A DNA stretch of 49,301 nt. It comes from a virus. Below the pieces are notes generated by a model, which was not told where the DNA came from, searched no databases, and saw nothing but the letters and a program-made list of their open reading frames with translations. The translations under genes and the position numbers were made by a program. Of the stretch, positions 28,318 to 41,075 are shown one piece after another. Numbering within the stretch: position 1 is the first letter of the stretch; the number at the start of each line of letters is the position of its first letter. The stretch lies in the UHGV virus genome UHGV-0103780; one strand, 5' to 3'.

Positions 28318-29215
28318 GCACTGGAAAAACATTACTATTTATAAACTTTCTCGTGAGGCGGATCTGACCGACTTAGAAGATAAAAAGAAAATGATCCTTT
28401 TCACGCCATGCGGTAGTCAGGATATGGCCAAGTTCGGTTTTGTATCTCCATTTGGTGATAATTCCGAAGTTATCGCTATGCATGGAAATGGTTTTATCCT
28501 TGTTGAAGCAAAGCGCGAAACAAAAATTCTTCCCCCGCCGGTTATCCAGCGAGCTATTCAAGAAAAAATTGAAAAACTTGAGCAAGAACAAGCGCGTAAA
28601 CTGAAGAAAACAGAGAAGGACTCCCTGAAAGACGAAGTTCTGCATTCTCTTCTGCCACGGGCTTTTTCAAAGTTTTCTGTTATCCAGGCGATCTACGACG
28701 GTTCAACTAAACGTATCTATATCAATGCCAGCGCGCGGCAGGCAGAGGATATGCTCGCGCTTATGCGTAAGTCTCTGGGTTCTCTTCCTGTTGTTCCCCT
28801 GAGTGTTGAAAATCCCATTGAATTAACGCTGACCGACTGGGTACGTGATGGTAGTGCTCCACAGGGATTTCAAATGGGGGATGCGGCAGAACTTAAGGCA
28901 GTGCTTGAGGATGGCGGTATTGCCCGGGTGAAAAAGCAGGATTTGGGAAGCGATGAAATTTCCACACACCTGGAAGCTGGCAAGCTCGTCACTAAGTTGG
29001 CACTCGACTGGCAGAACCGCATTAAATTTACACTGGACCATAACTTCAGCCTTACCAGCGTCAAATTTGCGGATGAATTGCTTGAGCAGAACTCTGATAT
29101 TGATAGTGAAGATGTTGCGCAGCGACTGGACGCAGATTTCTTCCTGTTGACCAGTGAAATTTCGTGCCTGGTTGATGCTCTGGTAAATGCCCTTGGTGGA
29201 GAGGCTAAGCAGTGA
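28310..29215 (+). CDS. hrdC: RdgC-like recombination-associated protein, about 301 aa
   Basis: Begins [16 protein letters not shown]..., close to the recalled RdgC N-terminus; start moved to the internal Met at 28310; stop overlaps the dmt start. Confidence 0.7.
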
Positions 29216-31476
29216 AAGAGCTGTGCTATGGATCTGTTTGCAGTGGAATTGAAGCCGCGAGTATTGCCTGGGAACCGTTGGGTATGCGTCCGGTGTGGTT
29301 TGCTGAAATCGAGTCTTTTCCATCTGCCGTTCTTGCGCACCGCTGGCCCCATGTCGCCAACCTTGGCGACATGACAAAACTTGCCAAAAAAGTCCTGGCT
29401 GGGGAAATCGAATCCCCTGATGTGCTCGTCGGGGGTACGCCTTGTCAGGCATTCAGTATCGCGGGCTTACGTGGTGGGCTTGATGATGAACGCGGCGCGC
29501 TAACTTTGAAGTATGTGGAGCTTGCAAATGCAATTGACGACAAACGGTCTGAGTCCTTCCTCAAACCGACAGTTATCGTCTGGGAAAATGTCCCAGGAGT
29601 CCTGTCATCGGCAGATAACGCCTTCGGATGTTTCCTTGCCGGATTGGCTGGAGAAGATGCGCCATTTGAACCAGGTGATCGACCTGAATCAGGAAAAAGT
29701 AACGCGTTCTGGCGGTGGGATGGCAAAACCGGTTGCCATGCTCCAAAGTGGCCGCAGTGTGGTTGTATTTATGGACCGCAGCGAAAGGTGGCCTGGAGAA
29801 TCCTTGATGCCCAATACTTCGGAGTGGCACAACGACGCCGACGCGTGTTTGTTGTCGCAAGTGCTCGAACAGACCTCGATCCCGCAACGGTACTTTTTGA
29901 GTTCAAAGGCGTGCGCCGGAATATTGCGCCGAGCCGAAAAAAGAAGGAAATCGCTTCCGCCATTATTGCAAATGGCGCTGCAATCAGTGGCGAAAGCCTA
30001 AATCCATGCCTACACGCTGACATGCCACCCGGTATGAAATCGACGAAAGCCGTAAACGCTTTCAGGATGGCAGCATTTGGGGAATATATTGACGATGAAA
30101 CCGCATCGACAGTAAAGGCAAGAGATTTTAAAGATGCCACTGACCTTGCCGTTTTTAGCAGCACAGGAGCAGGTTTTTGGTCAGAAGGGCATGGTACATT
30201 GCGGGCACGTGAGCAAGAAAGCCATGAGCATCTTGTTACATTGGCTTTTCCTGAGCGTATGAGCGGTACACAACATGCTGCAACTAAGAATACTTCACCA
30301 TCTCTAATGGCTAAAAATCCAACAGCTGTTTGCTATGAAGTAAGAAACGCAGAAGTAGCTGTCCGCCGTCTTACCCCTGTCGAATGTGAAAGGCTGCAAG
30401 GTTTTCCTGATGGGCATACGTTGATCCCGACGGAAAAGCGTAAAAAAGTTAATTCAGATGAACTGGCATATCTTCGCAATCACTATCCAGATTTAAGCGA
30501 AGAAGAGGCCGCGATGCTTGCAGCTGACGGACCGCGTTACAAAGCGATCGGCAATAGTATGGCAATACCAGTAATGCGCTGGATTGGCGATCGGATTACT
30601 AAGTCCGTATGTCGGCAGAAAGAAGGAAGTGAAACAAAAGAGCGAAAAGTTAAACCAGCGGCAGAATTCGAACGGTCCATATTCAAATGGGCTGGTGGAA
30701 AATTTGGTGTTCTGGAACAAATCTTTCGCTATTTGCCAGAAGGGAAGCGCCTGATTGAACCTTTCGTTGGTGGCGGAGCTGTCTTCATGAATGCCGGATA
30801 CCAGGAAAATCTGCTAAATGATGTGAATGCTGACCTGATTAACTTTTACAAGACTCTGCAACGCGAGGCGCATTCACTTATCACTCTGGCACATCGTTTC
30901 TTCCAGGACTACAACACACAGGAAGGATACCTGGCAGTACGGAATGCGTTTAACAAACAAGTCTATGATGATTTACATCGCGCAGCGGCGTTTTTGTTCC
31001 TGAACCGACATTGTTTTAACGGATTGACGCGTTACAACCAGGCCGGTGAGTTCAATGTCGGTTATGGGAAGTATAAAACTCCGTATTTCCCATTACAGGA
31101 GATGGAAGCCTTCCTCGGTGCGGAAGGGCGGTCTGAGTTTGTATGCGGTGATTTTGCAGCGGTGATTGAAGCTGCCGGAGAAGGAGATGTCATCTTTTGC
31201 GATCCGCCGTATGAACCGCTTCCAAATACAGAGGGATTCACGAACTATTCCGGTCATGACTTTAAGTTTGAAGAGCAAAAACGCCTGGTGTCTCTGTTGA
31301 CGGATGCTCATCGTCGAGGTGCAAAGGTTCTCATTACTAACAGTGGCGCGCCAAACATCAGAGAGCTTTATCATGACAGTGGCTTCAGAGTGGAACCTCT
31401 TTTTGCCAGACGTTCTGTGTCTTGTAAGGGGGACACTCGAGGTGTAGCTCATGACGTTTTGGGTATATTGCTCTAA
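29212..31476 (+). CDS. dmt: bifunctional DNA methyltransferase: N-terminal C5-cytosine domain fused to C-terminal Dam-like N6-adenine domain, 754 aa
   Basis: C5 motifs [12 protein letters not shown] and ENVPG; adenine motifs KWAGGK and FCDPPY; size as recalled for P1 Dmt. Confidence 0.85.
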   Translation: MKELCYGSVCSGIEAASIAWEPLGMRPVWFAEIESFPSAVLAHRWPHVANLGDMTKLAKKVLAGEIESPDVLVGGTPCQAFSIAGLRGGLDDERGALTLKYVELANAIDDKRSESFLKPTVIVWENVPGVLSSADNAFGCFLAGLAGEDAPFEPGDRPESGKSNAFWRWDGKTGCHAPKWPQCGCIYGPQRKVAWRILDAQYFGVAQRRRRVFVVASARTDLDPATVLFEFKGVRRNIAPSRKKKEIASAIIANGAAISGESLNPCLHADMPPGMKSTKAVNAFRMAAFGEYIDDETASTVKARDFKDATDLAVFSSTGAGFWSEGHGTLRAREQESHEHLVTLAFPERMSGTQHAATKNTSPSLMAKNPTAVCYEVRNAEVAVRRLTPVECERLQGFPDGHTLIPTEKRKKVNSDELAYLRNHYPDLSEEEAAMLAADGPRYKAIGNSMAIPVMRWIGDRITKSVCRQKEGSETKERKVKPAAEFERSIFKWAGGKFGVLEQIFRYLPEGKRLIEPFVGGGAVFMNAGYQENLLNDVNADLINFYKTLQREAHSLITLAHRFFQDYNTQEGYLAVRNAFNKQVYDDLHRAAAFLFLNRHCFNGLTRYNQAGEFNVGYGKYKTPYFPLQEMEAFLGAEGRSEFVCGDFAAVIEAAGEGDVIFCDPPYEPLPNTEGFTNYSGHDFKFEEQKRLVSLLTDAHRRGAKVLITNSGAPNIRELYHDSGFRVEPLFARRSVSCKGDTRGVAHDVLGILL

Positions 31477-31483
31477 TAAATTT
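31467..31483 (+). promoter_or_regulatory. C1-repressor operator (ATTGCTCTAATAAATTT, perfect consensus)
   Basis: Overlaps the dmt stop codon and the -35 of TTGCTC-N17-TAATAT; extends into the palindrome CTAATAAATTTATTAG. Confidence 0.8.
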
Positions 31484-31657
31484 ATTAGTGTAATATCGCC
31501 TCAATGAATCGTGATTTATAGAGCGATTTAGCTGTTAGCCGCGACAGGCGCGGCGGTAAGCATGGCTGGGCCTAGTCCTCCCAGACAAACCACCGAGTTG
31601 CCAGGTTGACCATGCGCCTAAGTGGCAACTCCGAAGTGCGTTACGAGCTTCCAGTTT

Positions 31658-31685
31658 GCCCATCTTCGGGTGGGCGTTTTTTTTC
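31658..31685 (+). terminator. rho-independent terminator
   Basis: GCCCATC-ttcg-GGTGGGC followed by GTTTTTTTT. Confidence 0.7.
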
Positions 31686-32149
31686 AGGGTTTTCGTCATG
31701 GTTAGCGACTTTGCGGCGGTTTAGAAACTGACCATTAAAGTAAATGCAAACGATGATCTGATGATGGTAGCGGCCTAAGAAGCCAGATGCCACGGGGTAT
31801 GAGTCGTCCCCCGTCAAAAAATCGACCGCAGAGTGTCCCCGTCTGTGTATTAGGGAACGGGGAGGCACAACAGGTAAGGGCGCTGGTGTGATTAACCAGA
31901 TGAACGAGAAGGGGCCATCTGTTGGTCAGCGTCCTTTCCTGTTGCGTTTTCTTTTCAGCGTAACAGCGGTGCTTAACAGCACTTTGGGTACAGTTCCACG
32001 AATTTACGGGTATATCCCGTCATGCTGAAAGCGCTAATCACGCTGGAAGCCAGGGTTGTGCATCCCCTGTTACCGAATTGCAGCCAGGGCGCGGTGCGCC
32101 GAAAAGCATACGGAGGTGGAAGCCCTCGCCGGAGACGTACCCGGCAAGT

Positions 32150-32225
32150 GATGGTGTAGCTCAGCGGTTAGAGCGGTTGACTGTTAATCAACGGGTCGAT
32201 GGTTCAAATCCATCCACCATCGCCA
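32150..32225 (+). tRNA. tRNA-Asn (anticodon GTT)
   Basis: Manual cloverleaf: acceptor GATGGTG/CACCATC, anticodon loop CTGTTAA, T-loop TTCAAAT, encoded CCA; 76 nt. Confidence 0.85.
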
Positions 32226-32227
32226 AT

Positions 32228-32303
32228 GCCGGTTTAGCTCAGTTGGTAGAGCGCCTGCCTTGTAAGCAGGATGTCAGCGGTTCGAGTCCGTTAATCGGCA
32301 CCA
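32228..32303 (+). tRNA. tRNA-Thr (anticodon TGT)
   Basis: Manual cloverleaf: acceptor GCCGGTT/AATCGGC, anticodon loop CTTGTAA, T-loop TTCGAGT, encoded CCA; starts 2 nt after tRNA-Asn. Confidence 0.85.
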
Positions 32304-32304
32304 G

Positions 32305-33105
32305 CACAACAGGTAAGGGTATTTTGCGACGTCGGAGATCGCCGAGCTTGGCAGAGGGTTCGAATCCCTACGAAGTACCCTTACCGTTGTGATGAATGCG
32401 CAGGCTGATGCGCGAAAGACATTGCAGCTATTGCGGAAAAGAGCTGTTCGGCGGGGCAATTAAACGCCCGTGAGAGTCTGAAATAACCGCAAGCCGGAGA
32501 TCAGCACCGGTCATCACAACACAACAGGTAAGGGCATTCTCCCTTATGGGGCTTGGCTTAAATGCATCGAGTGCTCTTACCGTTGTGATGAAGTGCAGCT
32601 CTTTGAAGCAACCAGAAGATAAGCATCTGGCTTCACAACATAAACCGCAGGAACGACCAATAAACGGTAGTCCGTATGGAGAACACCCCGTTGAGGAAGA
32701 GGCCTGGCCGGAACCGTAACCGGCACTACAACGTTGAGAACACTGGCGTAACGGGGTCATATCCCAATCTACGAATAAATGTTGCGTTGCAGCGTGACAA
32801 CCAGTGTTCTCAACATTGTGGTGAATGCACAGGCTGATGTGCCGCAACTACAGTAGTGCGCGCTTTGCGGGGCTTGCTACAACCCTGTGTCGGAGTTCAG
32901 CACCGACCATCACAGTTTGATTCTCTGGCATGAGCATAACGCTGAAATAAGTCCAGTCTGGTGCGGCCCGATCACCCGCCGTTAGCTCCACGAAACGGAG
33001 CACGTAACAGGTAAGAGCATTCTCCTGTAACGGGTTCATATCCCAATCTACAGGTCCACCAGGAATGCTCTTTCCGTTGCGGTGAATGCGGCTAAGCGCA
33101 CGCGG
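32305..33105 (+). repeat. array of four related structured repeat units (long inverted arms around a tRNA T-arm-like hairpin)
   Basis: Copies at about 32305-32412, 32511-32600, 32733-32850, 33005-33105; examples CACAACAGGTAAGGGTA...GGGTTCGAATCCC...TACCCTTACCGTTGTG and a perfect 14-bp inverted repeat GTTGAGAACACTGG/CCAGTGTTCTCAAC. No convincing ORF. Confidence 0.6.
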
Positions 33106-33230
33106 GGAAATGGTTATATCTGTCCATTATTTCTCCTTATTTCCCCGTCCATGGTGGATAACCAGCCAAAGGACACCGGGAAGCACCCGGCACCGCAACC
33201 TTATTTCCCAACCAGTAATGAGGTTAATAA

Positions 33231-33656
33231 ATGCTCGGCATTCTCAAAAAGAAATTCCGCAAAGCGGCTGGCGGAGTCAAGAAGATGGAAAACCGTGATG
33301 CGGTGGAAGCGACTGTCTGGGGCGCATATTCCATTGCATACTCTGACGGCACCTGCGATGCGAAAGAAATTGCAGTGTTGGAAAAAACCATTGCAGCACT
33401 TCCTGCCTTTGCGCCGTTCTCCGGTGAAATTGCCCAGATGAGCGCCAATATTCGCGCTCAATATGAAGCCTCGCCGCGCCGAGCGAATGCCCAGGCTTTA
33501 CGTGAACTGGCTGACGTGTCTGGAACTAATGATGCGGTAGATGTTCTGTGCCTATGCATTGATATTGCTGACCAGGATGGCATTGGGGCAGAAGAGCAGG
33601 AGCAATTGAAGAAAATTGCCCAGGCTCTTCAATTGCCACTGGAACAGTATATCTGA
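33231..33656 (+). CDS. TerB-like domain protein, 141 aa (start may be the internal Met at 33285)
   Basis: Two A-x-(S/A)-DG-x5-E-x3-L-like motifs (AYSDGTCDAKEIAVL; IADQDGIGAEEQEQL) resembling the TerB fold. Confidence 0.5.
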   Translation: MLGILKKKFRKAAGGVKKMENRDAVEATVWGAYSIAYSDGTCDAKEIAVLEKTIAALPAFAPFSGEIAQMSANIRAQYEASPRRANAQALRELADVSGTNDAVDVLCLCIDIADQDGIGAEEQEQLKKIAQALQLPLEQYI

Positions 33657-33820
33657 TGGTTATAAAAGCACGTCTAATTCTGGCTTTGGTTTTTCTCGTG
33701 CTATCTGTGCTGGTGGATTTCACCAGCACAATCCTGTCGGTTTTATCCGACGGGGCGTTGGTAGCAGTAGCTGTAACATTGGTATGGCCGATATTAAAAA
33801 CAGCTTCTAAGGATCAGTGA
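33656..33820 (+). CDS. small membrane protein, 54 aa
   Basis: Manual read MVIKARLILALVFLVLSVLVDFTSTILSVLSDGALVAVAVTLVWPILKTASKDQ; start overlaps the TerB-like stop (TGATG). Confidence 0.35.
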   Translation: MVIKARLILALVFLVLSVLVDFTSTILSVLSDGALVAVAVTLVWPILKTASKDQ

Positions 33821-33927
33821 TGGGCTTCTGGGATTTTGCTGACAAGCATCCAATTGTTCTCGTTGTCATTGCTGGCATAGTTGTAGGCGGTATTGCTGGC
33901 GTCATAGAAGCACTCAGGAAACAGTAA
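33820..33927 (+). CDS. small single-TM peptide, 35 aa
   Basis: Manual read MGFWDFADKHPIVLVVIAGIVVGGIAGVIEALRKQ; start overlaps the previous stop (TGATG); ends 3 nt before tRNA-Ile. Confidence 0.35.
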   Translation: MGFWDFADKHPIVLVVIAGIVVGGIAGVIEALRKQ

Positions 33928-33930
33928 TCC

Positions 33931-34006
33931 GGCCCTTTAGCTCAGTGGTTAGAGCTGGCGACTCATAATCGCACGGTCACCGGTTCAAGTCCGGTAGGGG
34001 CCACCA
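33931..34006 (+). tRNA. tRNA with CAT anticodon, tRNA-Ile2 (lysidine) type
   Basis: Manual cloverleaf: acceptor GGCCCTT/AGGGGCC, anticodon loop CTCATAA, T-loop TTCAAGT, encoded CCA; close to E. coli tRNA-Ile2 as recalled. Confidence 0.8.
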
Positions 34007-34286
34007 TATTTGGTTGTAACACGGCGTCTGGCACATGCGTCGTTAGCGGTCTGGTGACGTTAAAAGGGGGGAACCTTGCCCCTAGCTCAGGCAACGAACC
34101 AGGTAGCCGGAATGTGCAAGCCACCGTTTGTTGTTTCTCGGGTAAAGGGATTCACCATCCTGGCGATTCGGTGTGACAGCCGGGAAGAGTCCGGCGCATT
34201 AATCCTGATTTTCTGGTGATGACTCATATCGTTAGGAGTGATTTGAGTATGCCGATTATATCTGACATTCAGCACGCCTGGGTGGA

Positions 34287-35657
34287 GTGCTAATGTCTGC
34301 ATCCCCTCTTGAATCCATGCCAAATTCCCTTAGTGCAGAACAAGCTGTACTTGGTGGCTTAATGCTTGATAACTGCCGCTGGGATGAAGTTGCAGATCGT
34401 ATAGTTGCTGATGATTTTTATACCAGTGCTCATCGTGAAATTTTCAGTGAGATGGAGAGGTTATTAAGTCATGGCAAACCGATTGATTTGATAACACTTG
34501 CTGAAGCACTTGAACAGAACGGTAAATTAGAACGCGCCGGTGGTTTTGCGTACCTTGCGGAGATGTCAAAGAACACGCCCAGCGCGGCAAATATTTGTGC
34601 TTATGCGGATATCGTTCGTGAACGCGCGGTTGTTCGTGAAATGATTTCCGTCGCAAATGAAATAGCCGAAGCTGGATATGCGCAGGATGGCAGGGGCAGC
34701 AATGAATTGCTGGATATGGCCGAGCGCCGCGTTTTTGAAATAGCTGAAAAACGACAAAAGAGCGGTAGTGGTCCAAAAGATATCGCCAGCATTCTCGATG
34801 CAACGGTATCTCGCATAGAAGAGTTGTTTCAGCGACCACATGATGGTGTAACGGGGCTTGATACGGGATTTACCGATCTCAATAAGAAGACGGCAGGGCT
34901 TCAGCCGTCCGATCTCATCATTGTCGCCGCCCGCCCATCTATGGGGAAGACCACGTTTGCGATGAATCTCGTCGAAAATGCTGCAGTTCGTAACGATAAG
35001 CCCGTATTGGTTTTTAGCCTTGAGATGCCGAGCCACCAGCTGATGATGCGCTCACTGGCTTCTCTTGCACGCGTTGATCAGACTCGTATTAGAACGGGGC
35101 AACTTAACGACGATGATTGGGCGCGGGTTTCTGGCGCAATGGGGATTCTGTTGGACAAGCAGAATATTTTTATTGATGACTCAAGCGCCCTGACACCTAC
35201 AGAGCTTCGTTCCCGCGCTCGTCGTGTTTATAAAGAAAATGGTGGTTTGAGCATGATTATGATCGACTACCTGCAACTTATGCGCGTCCCCGAGCTGCAA
35301 GATAACCGAACGCTGGAAATTGCCGAGATTTCTCGCTCACTGAAGGCGTTGGCGAAGGAATTACAAGTACCGGTGGTGGCATTGTCACAACTTAATCGAT
35401 CGCTTGAACAGCGTGCGGACAAACGACCGGTAAATTCAGATTTACGTGAATCAGGAGCAATTGAGCAGGACGCAGACCTGATTATGTTTCTGTATCGCGA
35501 CGAAGTTTATCACCCGGATAGCGAAATGAAGGGCATTGCCGAGGTAATTATCGGAAAGCAACGAAATGGCCCAATTGGCACGGTGAGATTGGCTTTTAAC
35601 GGCCAATACTCACGGTTTGATAACTATGCCGGTGCTGACTGGCAAGAGGATTATTAA
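34287..35657 (+). CDS. ban: DnaB-family replicative helicase (P1 Ban-like), 456 aa
   Basis: Walker A ARPSMGKTTFAMNL; near-colinear match to E. coli DnaB along the whole length as recalled; downstream of a C1 operator and phage tRNAs. Confidence 0.9.
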   Translation: MLMSASPLESMPNSLSAEQAVLGGLMLDNCRWDEVADRIVADDFYTSAHREIFSEMERLLSHGKPIDLITLAEALEQNGKLERAGGFAYLAEMSKNTPSAANICAYADIVRERAVVREMISVANEIAEAGYAQDGRGSNELLDMAERRVFEIAEKRQKSGSGPKDIASILDATVSRIEELFQRPHDGVTGLDTGFTDLNKKTAGLQPSDLIIVAARPSMGKTTFAMNLVENAAVRNDKPVLVFSLEMPSHQLMMRSLASLARVDQTRIRTGQLNDDDWARVSGAMGILLDKQNIFIDDSSALTPTELRSRARRVYKENGGLSMIMIDYLQLMRVPELQDNRTLEIAEISRSLKALAKELQVPVVALSQLNRSLEQRADKRPVNSDLRESGAIEQDADLIMFLYRDEVYHPDSEMKGIAEVIIGKQRNGPIGTVRLAFNGQYSRFDNYAGADWQEDY

Positions 35658-36655
35658 TGCAATGGAATGAGGAAAAGCCGATGAACATCCTGATCATTGG
35701 GCGAAAATTTGCAGCCATCAGTGATGTGAAAACATATACGGAAATGTGGTCTTATAACCTGGCCTGCGCCTTTAGTGAGGCAGGGGTAACATTGCAATAC
35801 CATCGTCCATATTCCCCTGGCGTCGAAAGCCCCGAGGATTATGTTGAAGCTGTGTTGACTGCTGCGACAGCATGTTCTGCGAAGGCCATTTTGGCACCAG
35901 GATTGAGGTATTTTACTACGGTACCCAGGGAAATAGGCATGCAACTGTGTCGCCGATTCTCTGGATGGGTAGCCCAGGTATATGACGGTTCTATGCTGGA
36001 TTCGGCACCAGTCGATATTACTTTTACTGTCCGCGATGATACCTGGCGGTACCTGGATAATCCCGGTCGGTTAGAACGTCATAATCGCTTTAACAAACAT
36101 GTTGGATGGGCAGCGAATCAGGAGCTGTTCCATCTGGAAACCAAAACGGACGATGTTCTGCGTATTTTTGTAGACCACGCTGCATTTGATGTTAGTGGTT
36201 TTGATCACTCCTTAAGTATCCTTATGAACCTTCAGCGTCTGACCGTTCCGTATGAGGCCAGAACGTTGACTGATGACGGATTGGTTACCATTGATCCGGG
36301 GAATATTTCGGTAACTCCATACAGGCGGACGCCGGTGCCAGCAACCGAATTTGCAGCTGAATTGCGTAAGAGTGACGTTTTTATCGTTACGCATCCCGAA
36401 AGCCTTGGATTAACTGTTCTTGAGGCGGCAATGTGTGGGGCGTTGGTATTAACGCCTCCCGATTGCCTTCCGCCAGATCGCCTGGCTTTGGTGAACCATA
36501 TGGTTATCAAGTCGCGGATTGATTGGGATGAGGTTATTGCTCGCGTTGATCGCGTGAAAAATGCTGAAAAGGTCCAGTGTCACACCTGGTCGGCAATTGC
36601 GGAAAAGATGCTTGAGACGTTTATCACGCAGAAACCGTCGCGCGGTAACGGATAA
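35657..36655 (+). CDS. glycosyltransferase-like protein (GT-B C-terminal signature), 332 aa
   Basis: C-terminal motif HPESLGLTVLEAAMCGALVLTP; start overlaps the ban stop (TAATG), with an alternative SD-preceded ATG at 35681. Confidence 0.5.
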   Translation: MQWNEEKPMNILIIGRKFAAISDVKTYTEMWSYNLACAFSEAGVTLQYHRPYSPGVESPEDYVEAVLTAATACSAKAILAPGLRYFTTVPREIGMQLCRRFSGWVAQVYDGSMLDSAPVDITFTVRDDTWRYLDNPGRLERHNRFNKHVGWAANQELFHLETKTDDVLRIFVDHAAFDVSGFDHSLSILMNLQRLTVPYEARTLTDDGLVTIDPGNISVTPYRRTPVPATEFAAELRKSDVFIVTHPESLGLTVLEAAMCGALVLTPPDCLPPDRLALVNHMVIKSRIDWDEVIARVDRVKNAEKVQCHTWSAIAEKMLETFITQKPSRGNG

Positions 36656-36680
36656 AAAATTGAACCCGTCATAACAGAAA

Positions 36681-36700
36681 AGCCCGAACGCCGGGCTTTT
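36681..36700. terminator. bidirectional hairpin terminator between convergent operons
   Basis: AGCCCG-aacgc-CGGGCT followed by TTTT. Confidence 0.65.
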
Positions 36701-36701
36701 C

Positions 36702-39848
<3,147 letters not shown>

Positions 39849-41066
39849 TTATCCTTTCCGTTTACGGGCTTCGTTAATTTGTGTCTCAAGAATGCTTCGC
39901 GCCTGCGCAGTGGCAGCGGCCTTGTCCATTCCCTGACTCATGAAAAACTTTATGAGGTTGTTCGCCTGCGTTTGCAGGGCTTTTTTGAGAGCGTCGGCTT
40001 CAGCGCGAGCCTGGGCTTCCCTCACCCGCGATGCTTTTAGTTCGGCATTCTTCCTGTTTGCCGTGGTGCGAGCTTTTTTTAACAACCGGCGAACGTTGTC
40101 CGTGGCGCTATCTTTTGCGCGTAGTTTTTTGCCTAATGCATCCTGAGATTTCAGATACAGCTCATACTCACGCGCAGCTTTAGCCTGATCCGTCGTTGTT
40201 GTCCGGTTGCGCGCGAGCGATTTAGCCAGTTCGCCTTTGAAATAGGTTGTTGTCTTCCGCTTGTCATCGCCGAAGGCTACCTGTTCAGCTGCTTTTTCCA
40301 GGGCAATAATGATGGCCTTGTGCCATGTGGGAGACTGAAAACGCGTCATAGCGTGCAAAACATGTTTGCAAGCCACACCAGTCAGATCAGGGTTGCGGAT
40401 TTTGGGGAATGCATACTCTTTTGGCGGCGCGACAGCATAGTTACCAGCCGTGGCCATATAACGATACCAGTATTGATGCCGTCCACAATCACAGTCGAAA
40501 GATACCCGGCCCTTGCAGAGATCGGCAGCGATTCGGGCTTTTTTCGCACCGTCTTCAGCAATTTCCTCAACGGCTTTATCCCATTCCTCAAATCGAATTC
40601 TGACACGGTGATGCTGGTGGACCGACTCATCCGAGGCATTAACAGATATCAATGCAAGGTTGTGTTTTAGCCCGAGGAATGTCGCGGCTTTGATCCCTGT
40701 GCCATCAGAAACCTTGTTGTTAGCGCGTTTTATATCAATGCTGGTGGACTGCGCCACCAGCTGAGCATAGGTAATGCCGGGTACCGTGCTCTTGAATTTG
40801 GTTTTATGAGCCTGCCTTGAGGTGTTGAAACTGCGTATATCTTCGGGCGTAAAGTAGGTGCCATCTTTCTTTTTCCCAAGGCTGAGGAATGCCTCAAGTT
40901 CGCGGTTACGCATCCCCATAATCCTTGGGGTGAGTGTACGTCGCGCGTTTCGCCGATTCTGACGCTGCTGTTTACGGATAAGATCGAAGACCTTGTTAAA
41001 GTCTTTTGCACTTAATCCATCAGTCTGATAGCGACCAAGGTTGTCGCGAGCATATTCAGTTGGCAT
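39849..41066 (-). CDS. hypothetical protein with SWIM-like zinc-finger motif, 405 aa
   Basis: CKGRVSFDCDCGRHQ...x21...CKHVLH (CxCxnCxH pattern) plus a long basic coiled-coil C-terminus. Confidence 0.5.
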   Translation of the reverse strand: MPTEYARDNLGRYQTDGLSAKDFNKVFDLIRKQQRQNRRNARRTLTPRIMGMRNRELEAFLSLGKKKDGTYFTPEDIRSFNTSRQAHKTKFKSTVPGITYAQLVAQSTSIDIKRANNKVSDGTGIKAATFLGLKHNLALISVNASDESVHQHHRVRIRFEEWDKAVEEIAEDGAKKARIAADLCKGRVSFDCDCGRHQYWYRYMATAGNYAVAPPKEYAFPKIRNPDLTGVACKHVLHAMTRFQSPTWHKAIIIALEKAAEQVAFGDDKRKTTTYFKGELAKSLARNRTTTTDQAKAAREYELYLKSQDALGKKLRAKDSATDNVRRLLKKARTTANRKNAELKASRVREAQARAEADALKKALQTQANNLIKFFMSQGMDKAAATAQARSILETQINEARKRKG

Positions 41067-41075
41067 TCATTTCCC

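Noticed and set aside
28823-29452. 209-aa and 160-aa minus-strand ORFs
   Set aside because: Antisense to hrdC and the dmt 5' end, which have strong motif support.
32078-32392. 104-aa plus-strand ORF
   Set aside because: It runs straight across the tRNA-Asn and tRNA-Thr genes; amino-acid sequence is low-complexity and Arg/Pro-rich.
32428-32847. 139-aa and neighbouring Cys-rich minus-strand ORFs in the tRNA-adjacent repeat region
   Set aside because: They are generated by the structured repeats (the same NALTC peptide recurs in two ORFs), have no SD or start context and an implausible composition; the region is treated as non-coding.
31500-34280. Integrative-element junction (integrase plus att site at a tRNA)
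   Set aside because: No integrase or recombinase ORF flanks the tRNAs, and they sit inside a C1-controlled operon with ban, so they are phage-encoded tRNAs and not an insertion target.
34566-35036. 156-aa minus-strand ORF (and 34444-34839, 34601-34816)
   Set aside because: Antisense within ban, whose DnaB-like reading frame is unambiguous.
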